A stretch of DNA of 32,000 bases, taken from an uncultured bacterium (lineage in GTDB: Bacteria > Auribacterota > JACPWU01). How positions within the stretch are numbered: the first letter of the stretch is position 1; each line of letters starts with the position of its first letter. The stretch lies in contig CAZXEQ010000006.1 of the NCBI GenBank assembly GCA_964640155.1, positions 99,013 through 131,012 on the forward strand. Direction: 5' to 3'. Shown here piece after piece: positions 8,991-17,515 of this stretch. A program made the translations under genes and the position numbers. The notes under the pieces were generated by a model that was not told the origin of the DNA, did not search any database, and was given only the letters and a program-made list of their open reading frames with translations.

Positions 8991-11900
8991 TTAATTTCCC
9001 CCAACCCTTGACAGATCTCTCTTATTCTCCTCAAAAGCCGCCATCACTGCTTCATCTCCACTCAAACCGCTGGCTTTCACACGAGCAATGGCACTTAAGA
9101 CTCGTTTATAATCCTTAGGAATCACTTTTACAAATTTTGGCAACATGCTTTCCCAATTTGAAAGAATTTTTTGAGCATGTTCACTCTTTGTATATTCTAC
9201 ATGACGATGAATCATTTGATGAACTTCCTGAATCTCATCTTTTTCTGTGAGCTTTTCTAAATCCACCATTTGAGAATTACATTTAGTTTTGAAATCCCCT
9301 TTTTCATCAAAAATATAAGCAATGCCTCCAGACATACCCGCAGCAAAATTTCTACCGGTAGGACCTAAAACTACCACGCGTCCGCCGGTCATGTATTCAC
9401 AACCATGATCACCAATTGCTTCAACCACGGTTCTAACGCCACTATTTCTCACACAAAATCTTTCACCGGCCATGCCCCTGATATAAGCTTCCCCACTGGT
9501 CGCTCCATAAAAAGCAACGTTTCCAGTAATCATGTTTTCTTCCGGAACAAAAGTAGCGTTCTTATGAGGATAAAGAATAATTTTTCCTCCAGAAAGTCCT
9601 TTACCTAAATAATCATTGGCATCCCCTTCTAAAATCAAAGTCATTCCTTTGGGCATAAAAGCCCCAAAACTTTGCCCCGCAGATCCCGTAAAATGAATTT
9701 GAATGGTATCTTCAGGAAGTCCTTTAGCTCCATGGCGGCGCGTTAATTCACTACCCGTAATCGTTCCCACCACACGATTGACATTACGAATAGGAAGAGC
9801 GGCTTTTACCTTTTCCCCTCTGGCTAAAGCTGGCTCACAAATTTTTAAAAGTTTCTCATTATCCAAAGCCGTATCTAATCCGTGATCTTGCGGAATCTGG
9901 CAAAATCTTCCAACATTCTCAGGAACATTTGGCTGATAAAGAATATTTGAAAAGTCCAAGCCTTTTGCTTTCCAGTGATCAATTGCTTTACGAGGTTCCA
10001 AACGATCTGTACGACCCACCATTTCTTCAATGGTTCTAAATCCCAATTGAGCCATCAATTCACGAGCTTCTTGGGCTACAAATTTCATAAAATTTACAAC
10101 ATGTCCTGGATCCCCTGTAAATCGCTTGCGAAGTTCTGGGTTTTGAGTCGCCACTCCAACAGGACAAGTGTCCAAATGACAAACACGCATGATAATGCAG
10201 CCTAAAACCACCAAGGGTGCTGTTGCAAAACCAAATTCTTCTGCACCTAATAAAGCTGCAATTACAACATCTCGACCCGTTTTTAATTGTCCATCTGTTT
10301 CAACAGCAATACGACTACGCAAATTATTCAGCACGAGCGTTTGATGTGTTTCTGCAAGTCCTAATTCCCAAGGAAGACCCGCGTGTTTGATACTGGTTTG
10401 AGGAGAAGCACCCGTGCCTCCATCAAATCCACTGATCAAAACCACATCCGCATGAGCCTTTGCAACTCCAGCGGCAATCGTCCCTACTCCCACTTCCGCT
10501 ACCAACTTTACACTGATACGGGCATGATGGTTCGCATTTTTCAAATCATGAATCAGCTCGGCTAAATCTTCGATGGAATAAATATCATGATGTGGCGGAG
10601 GTGAAATCAACCCCACCCCCGGCGTTGAAAGTCGAACTTGAGCAATCCAGGGATAAACTTTTGAGCCAGGCAATTGTCCGCCTTCACCCGGTTTGGCCCC
10701 TTGTGCCATTTTAATTTGAATTTCCTGGGCCTTGACTAAATAAAGGCTGGTGACACCAAAGCGACCTGAAGCAACCTGTTTAATAGCGCTATTTCTTGAA
10801 TCGCCATTTGCATCTAGCGTATAACGTGAAGGATCTTCTCCTCCCTCTCCTGTGTTACTTTTTCCACCCAAACGATTCATCGCAATTGCTAAAGATTCAT
10901 GTGCTTCCTTACTAATAGAACCATAAGACATGGCTCCGGTTTTAAAGCGCTTACAAATGGATTCCACAGATTCCACTTCTTCGATGGGAATAGGCTTTGG
11001 TGTTAATTTCAAATCTAAAAGTCCACGTAAAGTACATAAATTCTTAGACTGTTTATTCACTAAATCCGCATATTCTTTATAGGTGGGATAGGCATTCGTG
11101 CGACAAGCCTTCTGAAGCTTGTGAACACTTTCTGGATTAAAAAGATGAAATTCACCTTCTTTACGCCATTGATATTGTCCACCCACATCCAATGTTTTAC
11201 TATCTGTTGAAATTTCTGAAAAAGCATGTTGATGGCGCAATTGTACTTCTTTCGCAATTTCATCTAAACCAATTCCACCGAGTCGAGAAGCTGTCCAAGT
11301 AAAATATTGATCGATCACATCTTGACCCAGCCCAATCGCTTCAAAAATTTGTGCTCCACGATAACTTTGAATCGTTGAAATACCCATTTTAGAAGTGACT
11401 TTGACAACACCCTTGGTCGCAGCCTTGATATAATTTTTCACGGCTGTTTTATGATCGATATTTGAAAGCATTCCTTGATGAATCATGTCATCCAAAGTTT
11501 CAAAAGCCAAATAAGGATTAATGGCGCCCACCCCGTAACCAATCAAAAGAGAGAAATGATGGACTTCACGAGGGTCACCAGACTCCAGAATCAAACCCAC
11601 TTTTGTTCGAGTTCCTTCTCGAATCAAATGATGATGAAGACCCGATACAGCTAAAAGTGCTGGAATAGGTGCATGCTTTAAATCCACCCCACGATCGGTT
11701 AGAACAATCAAATTGGTTCCATCAGCAATGGCTTTACTTGCCTTTTGATAGAGCTCCTCCATTGCTTTCTTAAGCCCTTTCCCACCTTCTTTCGGGTTAA
11801 AGAGAATCGGCAAATCAATCGCTTTAAAACCCTGATGTCCTGCCAAATGTCGTAGCGTTGCCAATTCTTCGTTATCCAGAATCGGAGTTTTGATTCGAAT

Positions 11901-13613
11901 CTGATGCGCACTTTCAGGTGTTGGATTTAAAAGATTTCTTTCTGAGCCTAAAGTAGTTTCTGTTCCCGTGACAATTTCTTCACGAATACAATCAATGGGC
12001 GGATTGGTCACTTGAGCAAAAAGCTGTTTAAAATAATTATAAAGAGATTGAGGTTTGTCAGAAAGCACCGCCAAAGGCGTATCCGTTCCCATAGAACCAA
12101 TAGGCTCTACACCCGTTTGCGCCATAGGCGTCATGATCACACGTAAATCTTCAAAAGTATAACCAAACGCTTGTTGACGATGAAGCACTGTTGCATGATC
12201 AGGCTCATAAACATGAGGAGGCTCTGGCAAATCTTCTAATTTTACCAAATGATCCTTCAACCATATGCGATAAGGTTGTTCTGAAACGAGTTTTCCTTTT
12301 AATTCTTCATCAGCAATGATGCGACCTTTTTCAGTATCGATCAAAAACATACGCCCTGGCTGAAGGCGCCCCTTTTGCAAAATTTGTTCAGGAGGTATAT
12401 CCAAAACGCCTACTTCGGAAGCCATGATCACTCGATCATCTTTGGTCACATAATAACGCGAAGGTCTTAAGCCATTACGATCCAAAACCGCTCCCATTTG
12501 AATTCCATCTGTGAACGCAATCGATGCAGGACCATCCCAAGGTTCCATCAAACAAGCATGATATTCATAAAAAGCTTTTCTTTCATCAGGCATATTTTCA
12601 TGATAAGACCATGGCTCTGGAATCATCATCATCACAGCATGTGCTAAAGAGCGTCCCCCTAAAACCAAAAACTCAAGACAGTTGTCAAACATGGCAGAGT
12701 CACTACCATCTTCACAAACAATCGGAAAAAGTTTTTTCAAATCATCCCCAAAAAGATCGCTCTCAAGCATGGACTCTCGGGCATGCATCCAATTGATATT
12801 GCCTCTGAGCGTATTAATTTCACCATTATGAGCCACATAGCGATAAGGATGCGCGCGTTCCCAACTTGGAAAAGTGTTGGTGCTAAATCTTGAATGAACC
12901 AGTGCTAATGAGCTCTCTATAGAGGGATCTGCCAAGTCGGGATAAAACTCATCGACTTGTTCGGACATCAACATTCCTTTATATACAATCGTCTTATAAG
13001 ACAAACTTGGAATATAAAAAGATTCACATCCTTTTCTTTTTGAATAACGAATTTTATTTTCACAAAGTTTACGAATGACATAAAGCTTTCGTTCAAAAGC
13101 CATGTCATCCTGAATCTTTGAATTTCTGCCAATAAAGATTTGGCGAACCACAGGCTCAGAAGATTTTGCTGTATTCCCCAATGTCGCATTTCTTGTGGGA
13201 ACTGTTCTCCAACCCAAAAACTTCTGCCCTTCGTTTTGAATAATCTCTTCAAAAACTTTTTCACAATATTTTCGGTCAGCATCATTTTGAGGAAGATAGA
13301 CCATTCCTACGCCATATTCACCTGCAGAACCTAATTGGATTTTTTCTTTGGCGCTGACTTGTTTTAAAAAAGTATGCGGCACTTGAAAAAGGACACCTGC
13401 ACCATCTCCTGTATTGACCTCACATCCACAGGCTCCCCGATGACGTAAATTCAAAAGCACCGTCAGGGCATCTCTCACAATCGCATGAGATTTCTTCCCC
13501 TTCATATTGGCCACAAAGCCTACACCACACGCATCATGCTCATAGCGCGGATCATATAAACCTTGTTTGGGTGGCAGTCCCATTTGTATTTGATGACCGT
13601 TTTTATTTTTCAT
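8991..13613 (-). CDS. gltB: Glutamate synthase large subunit
   Basis: About 1540 aa. The amidotransferase N-terminus is ...[16 protein letters not shown], and FMN and GXGXG domain motifs run throughout. I place the start at the ATG at 13613 ([22 protein letters not shown]...). The 24 upstream codons in the track run through a palindromic repeat unit. Confidence 0.95.
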   Translation of the reverse strand: MKNKNGHQIQMGLPPKQGLYDPRYEHDACGVGFVANMKGKKSHAIVRDALTVLLNLRHRGACGCEVNTGDGAGVLFQVPHTFLKQVSAKEKIQLGSAGEYGVGMVYLPQNDADRKYCEKVFEEIIQNEGQKFLGWRTVPTRNATLGNTAKSSEPVVRQIFIGRNSKIQDDMAFERKLYVIRKLCENKIRYSKRKGCESFYIPSLSYKTIVYKGMLMSEQVDEFYPDLADPSIESSLALVHSRFSTNTFPSWERAHPYRYVAHNGEINTLRGNINWMHARESMLESDLFGDDLKKLFPIVCEDGSDSAMFDNCLEFLVLGGRSLAHAVMMMIPEPWSYHENMPDERKAFYEYHACLMEPWDGPASIAFTDGIQMGAVLDRNGLRPSRYYVTKDDRVIMASEVGVLDIPPEQILQKGRLQPGRMFLIDTEKGRIIADEELKGKLVSEQPYRIWLKDHLVKLEDLPEPPHVYEPDHATVLHRQQAFGYTFEDLRVIMTPMAQTGVEPIGSMGTDTPLAVLSDKPQSLYNYFKQLFAQVTNPPIDCIREEIVTGTETTLGSERNLLNPTPESAHQIRIKTPILDNEELATLRHLAGHQGFKAIDLPILFNPKEGGKGLKKAMEELYQKASKAIADGTNLIVLTDRGVDLKHAPIPALLAVSGLHHHLIREGTRTKVGLILESGDPREVHHFSLLIGYGVGAINPYLAFETLDDMIHQGMLSNIDHKTAVKNYIKAATKGVVKVTSKMGISTIQSYRGAQIFEAIGLGQDVIDQYFTWTASRLGGIGLDEIAKEVQLRHQHAFSEISTDSKTLDVGGQYQWRKEGEFHLFNPESVHKLQKACRTNAYPTYKEYADLVNKQSKNLCTLRGLLDLKLTPKPIPIEEVESVESICKRFKTGAMSYGSISKEAHESLAIAMNRLGGKSNTGEGGEDPSRYTLDANGDSRNSAIKQVASGRFGVTSLYLVKAQEIQIKMAQGAKPGEGGQLPGSKVYPWIAQVRLSTPGVGLISPPPHHDIYSIEDLAELIHDLKNANHHARISVKLVAEVGVGTIAAGVAKAHADVVLISGFDGGTGASPQTSIKHAGLPWELGLAETHQTLVLNNLRSRIAVETDGQLKTGRDVVIAALLGAEEFGFATAPLVVLGCIIMRVCHLDTCPVGVATQNPELRKRFTGDPGHVVNFMKFVAQEARELMAQLGFRTIEEMVGRTDRLEPRKAIDHWKAKGLDFSNILYQPNVPENVGRFCQIPQDHGLDTALDNEKLLKICEPALARGEKVKAALPIRNVNRVVGTITGSELTRRHGAKGLPEDTIQIHFTGSAGQSFGAFMPKGMTLILEGDANDYLGKGLSGGKIILYPHKNATFVPEENMITGNVAFYGATSGEAYIRGMAGERFCVRNSGVRTVVEAIGDHGCEYMTGGRVVVLGPTGRNFAAGMSGGIAYIFDEKGDFKTKCNSQMVDLEKLTEKDEIQEVHQMIHRHVEYTKSEHAQKILSNWESMLPKFVKVIPKDYKRVLSAIARVKASGLSGDEAVMAAFEENKRDLSRVGGN

Positions 13614-13638
13614 AATTGTTACCATTGTGTCAAAGCAT

Positions 13639-13719
13639 GTCATTCCCGAAGGTTTGTATCGGGAATCCATTTTTAGCAAAGACAAACATGGATCCCCGAT
13701 TAAAGCACTCGGGGATGAC
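13639..13719. repeat. Pair of REP/MITE-like palindromic units in inverted orientation
   Basis: gtcattcccgaaggtttgtatcgggaatccat (13639-13670) and atggatccccgattaaagcactcggggatgac (13688-13719). Each forms an 8-bp stem (attcccga/tcgggaat, atccccga/tcggggat). Related copies lie at 16722-16759, 27716-27747 and 27764-27795. Confidence 0.85.
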
Positions 13720-13721
13720 CG

Positions 13722-14627
13722 CTACGCAGTCATTCTTGATATTTGATTCTCATTTTCCCCTTCTTGCAAAAGGGAAATAAACTGCTGAACATTATAATTT
13801 AATTTTCTGCCACGTCGATGAATAATTCCTAATGGACGAACCCATTCTATTTTTGAGAAAGGAATCGCCACAAGAGTTCCTGTAGCGACTTCCCTATCTA
13901 AAGTCGGACGTGGCAAAATTGAAATGCCAGAATTAATTTCTACAGCTCTTTTAATGGCTTCAATATTATCAAACTCAAGAACCACATCAACTTTTACATC
14001 ATAGCGCTTAAAAAAACGATCTACTTCTTTTCGAATCACAAGATTTTTATCAAATCCCACAAACTTCTCATCCATCATTTGAGAAGGTTTTATTTTGTGC
14101 AACCGAGCTAATAAGTGATCTGGATGACAAGCAACCACCATTTCTTCCACTTTCCAATCAATCACCGAAAGATCTCTTCCACCTTGAGGAAAAGAAACAA
14201 TCCCTAAATCGTCTCGTCCCTCTCGCACATTTTGATACACTTGATCGGGATGCAAATACTCTAAATGAATTTTGGTTTTTGGATAAAATCGATTAAACCT
14301 TTTCACATAATCACTCATATGACGAAGTCCCACCGAATAAATACACCCCACATTGACTTCCGCACTCACATCTTCATGCAAATGTTTAACTTTTCTTTCT
14401 AATTCATCATATCGATCAATAATCTCATGACATCCTTCATAGAATATTTTTCCAGCATCTGTTAGCTGCCATGGCCGATGAGATCGATCAATCAAGGCAA
14501 CTCCTAAATTCTCCTCCAACTGATGCACTGCTTGACTCGCAGCTGACTGAGACACATGATTCTCTCGAGCCCCCAGCGAGAAACTTTTAAGTCGCGCCAC
14601 TTGGTAAAACATCTTTAAAGTTTCCAT
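13722..14627 (-). CDS. LysR-family transcriptional regulator
   Basis: 301 aa. N-terminal wHTH FYQVARLKSFSLGARENHVSQSAASQAVHQLEENLGVALIDRS, followed by a substrate-binding-type C-terminal domain. It lies upstream of and co-directional with gltBD. Confidence 0.9.
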   Translation of the reverse strand: METLKMFYQVARLKSFSLGARENHVSQSAASQAVHQLEENLGVALIDRSHRPWQLTDAGKIFYEGCHEIIDRYDELERKVKHLHEDVSAEVNVGCIYSVGLRHMSDYVKRFNRFYPKTKIHLEYLHPDQVYQNVREGRDDLGIVSFPQGGRDLSVIDWKVEEMVVACHPDHLLARLHKIKPSQMMDEKFVGFDKNLVIRKEVDRFFKRYDVKVDVVLEFDNIEAIKRAVEINSGISILPRPTLDREVATGTLVAIPFSKIEWVRPLGIIHRRGRKLNYNVQQFISLLQEGENENQISRMTA

Positions 14628-14650
14628 AGAATCTCTGAATAAGTAAATCT

Positions 14651-14672
14651 AATATTAAGAATATTTAATATT
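14651..14672. promoter_or_regulatory. AT-rich dyad AATATTA-N8-TAATATT upstream of the LysR gene (possible LysR-type box)
   Basis: Perfect 7-bp inverted arms 24-45 nt upstream of the LysR start. It contains a T-N11-A arrangement. The sequence is low-complexity AT-rich, so a chance occurrence is plausible. Confidence 0.2.
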
Positions 14673-14792
14673 CATTTTACTAATTCAATATATTAATGCG
14701 ATTTTTGAGAAAAATGTCAAGGGATTTTGAGATCGAATTCTTAAGCTTGCTTTTTACTTCCCTTTTAAGAGAATTTGAGCTACTTTTAAAGC

Positions 14793-15041
14793 ATGGACTC
14801 TGTACTGTTAAATTATCTGTTTGTGGACCCTCAGGTGCATCATGGAAAACCTTGTTTTCGGGGAACACGAATTCCAGTGTACGTAATCCTAGAGCTTCTA
14901 GAAGGTGGCTTAAAATCTGAAGAAATCATTGGACAAGAGTATTATCCCCAATTGACTATGGATCACATACGAGCGGCTCTCCACTTCGCAGCTGAATATG
15001 CTAAAAACCTCGAATACACCCCATTTGAAGAATCCATATAA
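14793..15041 (+). CDS. DUF433-family antitoxin-like protein
   Basis: 82 aa. DPQVHHGKPCFRGTRIPVYVILELLEGGLKSEEII...YPQLTMDHIRAALHFA matches the DUF433 pattern (GKP-x-GTRI ... eeI ... aAl-yA). It lies immediately upstream of a DUF5615-like gene. Confidence 0.75.
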   Translation: MDSVLLNYLFVDPQVHHGKPCFRGTRIPVYVILELLEGGLKSEEIIGQEYYPQLTMDHIRAALHFAAEYAKNLEYTPFEESI

Positions 15042-15043
15042 AT

Positions 15044-15391
15044 ATGGTTCACATGAGATTTCTTATTGATGAAGATGTTCCCGTTAAGCTTCTAAAAACT
15101 CTATCAAAATTAGGCCACGATGTGATACGAGTGGAACCTTCAACGAAAGATCCTGATGTTGCCAAATTAGCCAGAGAAGAAAAACGGATTCTCATCACAC
15201 TGGATAAGGACTTCAAAAATACAGTGCTTTATTCCCCAAAAGAATTCAATATTGTCTATATCCAAATTCATCCACCCTATGCAGATCGGCTTATAGAGGC
15301 ATTCCAAAAACTTCTCGATCAGACCAACAGTGAAGCGTTTACAGGACTTATCATCCTCGGAGAAAAAGGCCATTTGAGAATTGTGAAATAA
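15044..15391 (+). CDS. DUF5615-family PIN-like toxin candidate
   Basis: 115 aa. MRFLIDEDVPVKLLKTLSKLGHDVIRV...AREEKRILITLDKDF matches the DUF5615 N-terminal acidic and DxDF layout. An alternative start at 15053 (MRFLIDE) is at least as plausible. Confidence 0.75.
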   Translation: MVHMRFLIDEDVPVKLLKTLSKLGHDVIRVEPSTKDPDVAKLAREEKRILITLDKDFKNTVLYSPKEFNIVYIQIHPPYADRLIEAFQKLLDQTNSEAFTGLIILGEKGHLRIVK

Positions 15392-15418
15392 CTTTGAGAT
15401 AACAGAGCACCTTGATTT

Positions 15419-16087
15419 TCATGCATAAGTTGACGTAATATCATGAATAAGTTTTGGAATATAGGTCTCCATCCACTGACTTTCTTTTCGAGTCAAGACT
15501 TCCTTTGTCCCCCGACCAGAAGTAAGCTGTAAACATCGTTGAAGCTGAACAATGAGTTCCTTCACCTCCAAACTTTTGGCGAGATATTCCAAGGCCAATT
15601 TAAATTCTCCTGGATAAGTTTGATGAAGAAGACAAAGATCATAAAGATCGGTAGGCTCAATACGATCCACAATGCAAGAGAGCTTTTCAAGAACCATGTC
15701 TTTCTCGCACAAAATAGGACATCGCAATTGAAGATCGTAAAGCAATGTCGTAGGATGCCAAATCTTTCCAATATCCACTTTGATTTCTTTTCTCTTTGGA
15801 TAACTGACAAAGATTTGGCAAAAATGTTCCCCTCGTCGAGTGATACGACAGCTTATTTTTTCTTTCTTACATTTACTGACAACTTCCAGCATAGCCTTAT
15901 AGCTTGAAATGTCCTCTCGAGAAGACAGAACATCCACATCTCTGCTCAAACGAGACACTTTCGGAAGTCGCAAAGTTAACCAAGTTCCACCCGCTAAAGC
16001 ATAGTTTTCCTTGATCAAGGGACAAGCCAAGATCCAAGCAGCCAATGCGAGAATATCTTCTTTTGAAGGAAGATTAGGAATGCTCAT
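15419..16087 (-). CDS. Nucleotidyltransferase AbiEii/AbiGii-family toxin (type IV TA-like)
   Basis: 222 aa. YALAGGTWLTLRLPKVSRLSRDVDV resembles the GGTAL...R-S-D-D NTase core of AbiEii (DUF1814). It overlaps the upstream HTH gene by 14 nt. Confidence 0.65.
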   Translation of the reverse strand: MSIPNLPSKEDILALAAWILACPLIKENYALAGGTWLTLRLPKVSRLSRDVDVLSSREDISSYKAMLEVVSKCKKEKISCRITRRGEHFCQIFVSYPKRKEIKVDIGKIWHPTTLLYDLQLRCPILCEKDMVLEKLSCIVDRIEPTDLYDLCLLHQTYPGEFKLALEYLAKSLEVKELIVQLQRCLQLTSGRGTKEVLTRKESQWMETYIPKLIHDITSTYA

Positions 16088-16472
16088 AAAGACCTTGAAT
16101 AAGGTGTTTTCTCACAATGCGTTCAAGACGGGTTCTTCCATCACGAATATAACGGTTCACAACAGAACGTTGAATCATTTTGGGAATCAAATCAGGGGCT
16201 CGATTCAAAAGAATGTGCAGAACTTCGTCTTCATGAGGACGTTTTCTCTCACGCCAGAAAACAGAAGGGAAAGCGTGCCGCGCAGGCCTCCCAACTTTAT
16301 AATGCTGTCTGGCCCGACGGAATTTCTCAAGTTCCGATTTGGGAATAAACCAGATTTTCCCCTTACGTGTCACATGACTTAACCGTCCCTGCCGACAGTA
16401 ACAAGCCATCCGTTCCTTGGAAATACCTAACTGTAATGCCGCTTCTGTGGCCGTTAAAAATTCTGTTTCCAT
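16074..16472 (-). CDS. Excisionase/MerR-like HTH protein, putative cognate antitoxin/regulator of the AbiEii-like gene
   Basis: 132 aa. LTATEAALQLGISKERMACYCRQGRLSHVTRKGKIWFIPKSELEKF is an HTH_17/excisionase-type DNA-binding motif. It is translationally coupled to the NTase gene. Confidence 0.6.
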   Translation of the reverse strand: METEFLTATEAALQLGISKERMACYCRQGRLSHVTRKGKIWFIPKSELEKFRRARQHYKVGRPARHAFPSVFWRERKRPHEDEVLHILLNRAPDLIPKMIQRSVVNRYIRDGRTRLERIVRKHLIQGLYEHS

Positions 16473-16588
16473 GATAAATAATTATACACTATTGTGAATA
16501 ATTAAAAATAAAAATGACGGACCCCCATTCCGAGGATCAGTAATAGTTTAGCTACAAGAACTAGCCCTCAAGATTTTTATAGCCCTTC

Positions 16589-16674
16589 GGGCTTTTGCAG
16601 TCCCTTTGGGATAGGGTTAGGGTTCGCTGTACCTTTTTATTATTAATTTTTATCCTAAAGGACTGCAAAAAGCC
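16589..16674. repeat. Long imperfect inverted repeat (about 20-nt arms, about 43-nt AT-rich spacer)
   Basis: gggcttttgcagtccctttggg (16589-16610) against cctaaaggactgcaaaaagcc (16654-16674). The arms pair except for two single-nucleotide bulges. A small hairpin agccc-ttc-gggct precedes it at 16581-16593. Confidence 0.7.
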
Positions 16675-16721
16675 TGAGGAGAGGTACTACCCAGTAGGTA
16701 TAGTAGCTTTGCTATTCGTTG

Positions 16722-16759
16722 GTCATCCCCAAGTGCCACTATCGTGGTCGGGGATCCAT
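16722..16759. repeat. REP/MITE-like palindromic unit, same family as 13688-13719
   Basis: gtcatccccaagtgccactatcgtggtcggggatccat shares the termini GTCATCCCC...TCGGGGATCCAT with the other copies. Confidence 0.75.
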
Positions 16760-16822
16760 AGAAGTTTATGCCTGAGCGGTAAAAGCGATTCAGTGTTTCT
16801 CGAGGCTGCCTGCTTAGTCTTA

Positions 16823-16975
16823 TTACGCCATCATCTGAGTATATTCCAGAGAACGTCTGTCATTTCCTATATCGTGTGGGGCTTGAGAAGCAGGAGGTAA
16901 AAGATATTTTTCCAATGCTTTCTTCAGATTCTCTTGAGAACATTCCTTTTTCCTTCAATTTTTAGTGTGGATAAG
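16823..16975 (-). pseudogene. Frameshifted remnant copy of the 3' end of the giant ORF
   Basis: The minus-strand translation of 16823-16933 is ENLKKALEKYLLPPASQAPHDIGNDRRSLEYTQMMA-stop. The giant ORF ends EDLKKVLEKYLLPPASQGQHEMGNQRHAQEYAEMMA-stop, giving 24/36 identical by hand alignment. A 31-nt identical DNA core lies at 16882-16912 and 17575-17605. Upstream similarity (LKIEGKRNV against LKGENI) is in a different frame, and an in-frame stop intervenes. Confidence 0.7.
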
Positions 16976-17005
16976 CTATACTTAAGAATAGGAAGGAGAT
17001 CAGTA

Positions 17006-17221
17006 ATGCGTAAGAATAAATTTTTAGTTGTCATTGAAAAGGATGAAGATAATATGCTCGTTGCAACTGTCCCCGCTTTAAAAGGTTGCCATACACAAGC
17101 CAAAAACCTTCCTATCTTACTTGAACGCATTAAAGAAGCCATCCAACTTTGTCTTGAAGTTGAACGTCCTAAAGTTGTACCTCTTGAATTCGTCGGACTC
17201 CAAGAGGTTGAAGTCAACTGA
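17006..17221 (+). CDS. hicB: HicB-family antitoxin
   Basis: KFLVVIEKDEDNMLVATVPALKGCHTQAKNLPILLERIKEAIQLCLE is the HicB/UPF0150 fold signature. RBS ggaaggag lies 7 nt upstream of the ATG at 17006, and the track's 16934 start is unlikely. The stop overlaps the hicA start (ATGA-type, 17219-17223). Confidence 0.85.
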   Translation: MRKNKFLVVIEKDEDNMLVATVPALKGCHTQAKNLPILLERIKEAIQLCLEVERPKVVPLEFVGLQEVEVN

Positions 17222-17445
17222 TGCACAGGCTGACGCCTCTCAAACCCGCTGAAATCATTCGCATATTGAAACGTCACAGTTTCACCCCCATTCGCCAAAA
17301 AGGAAGCCACATCTACTTTCGACACATGGACGGTCGCTCCACTGTTGTTCCCTTGCATAAGGGGGAAGACATCGGCAGAGGACTCTTGCGCAGTATATTG
17401 CGGGACATCGAGCTTTCCTGGGAAGAATTCCTTTCCAAAAAATAA
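17221..17445 (+). CDS. hicA: HicA-family mRNA interferase toxin
   Basis: 74 aa. LKPAEIIRILKRHSFTPIRQKGSHIYFRHMDGRSTVVPLHKGEDIGRGLLRSILRDI is a canonical HicA/YcfA sequence pattern. Confidence 0.9.
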   Translation: MHRLTPLKPAEIIRILKRHSFTPIRQKGSHIYFRHMDGRSTVVPLHKGEDIGRGLLRSILRDIELSWEEFLSKK

Positions 17446-17515
17446 ACACGGTCAATCTCAGAAAAGCGGACTGGCTGGAAACAAGCGGAGATTAATTTTA
17501 AGAAGCAGTGACTCT

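Noticed and set aside
13614-13685. 24-codon N-terminal extension of gltB in the ORF track
   Set aside because: The extension ([24 protein letters not shown]) is a translation of a dispersed palindromic repeat unit. The downstream ATG at 13613 gives a normal GltB N-terminus ahead of the catalytic CGVGF.
16610-16635. tRNA-like ggttcg motif (gggttagggttcgctgtacc)
   Set aside because: No acceptor stem, anticodon arm or full T-arm (GGTTCGAATCC-type) can be drawn around it. It lies in the loop of the long inverted repeat.
16595-16900. 101-aa plus-strand ORF
   Set aside because: It is composed entirely of the inverted repeat, a palindromic unit and the antisense of the remnant gene tail, with no coding signature.
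16924-17358. 144-aa ORF on the minus strand
   Set aside because: It is antisense to hicB/hicA, which are strongly supported. Its C-terminal residues merely run into the frameshifted remnant of the giant-gene tail.
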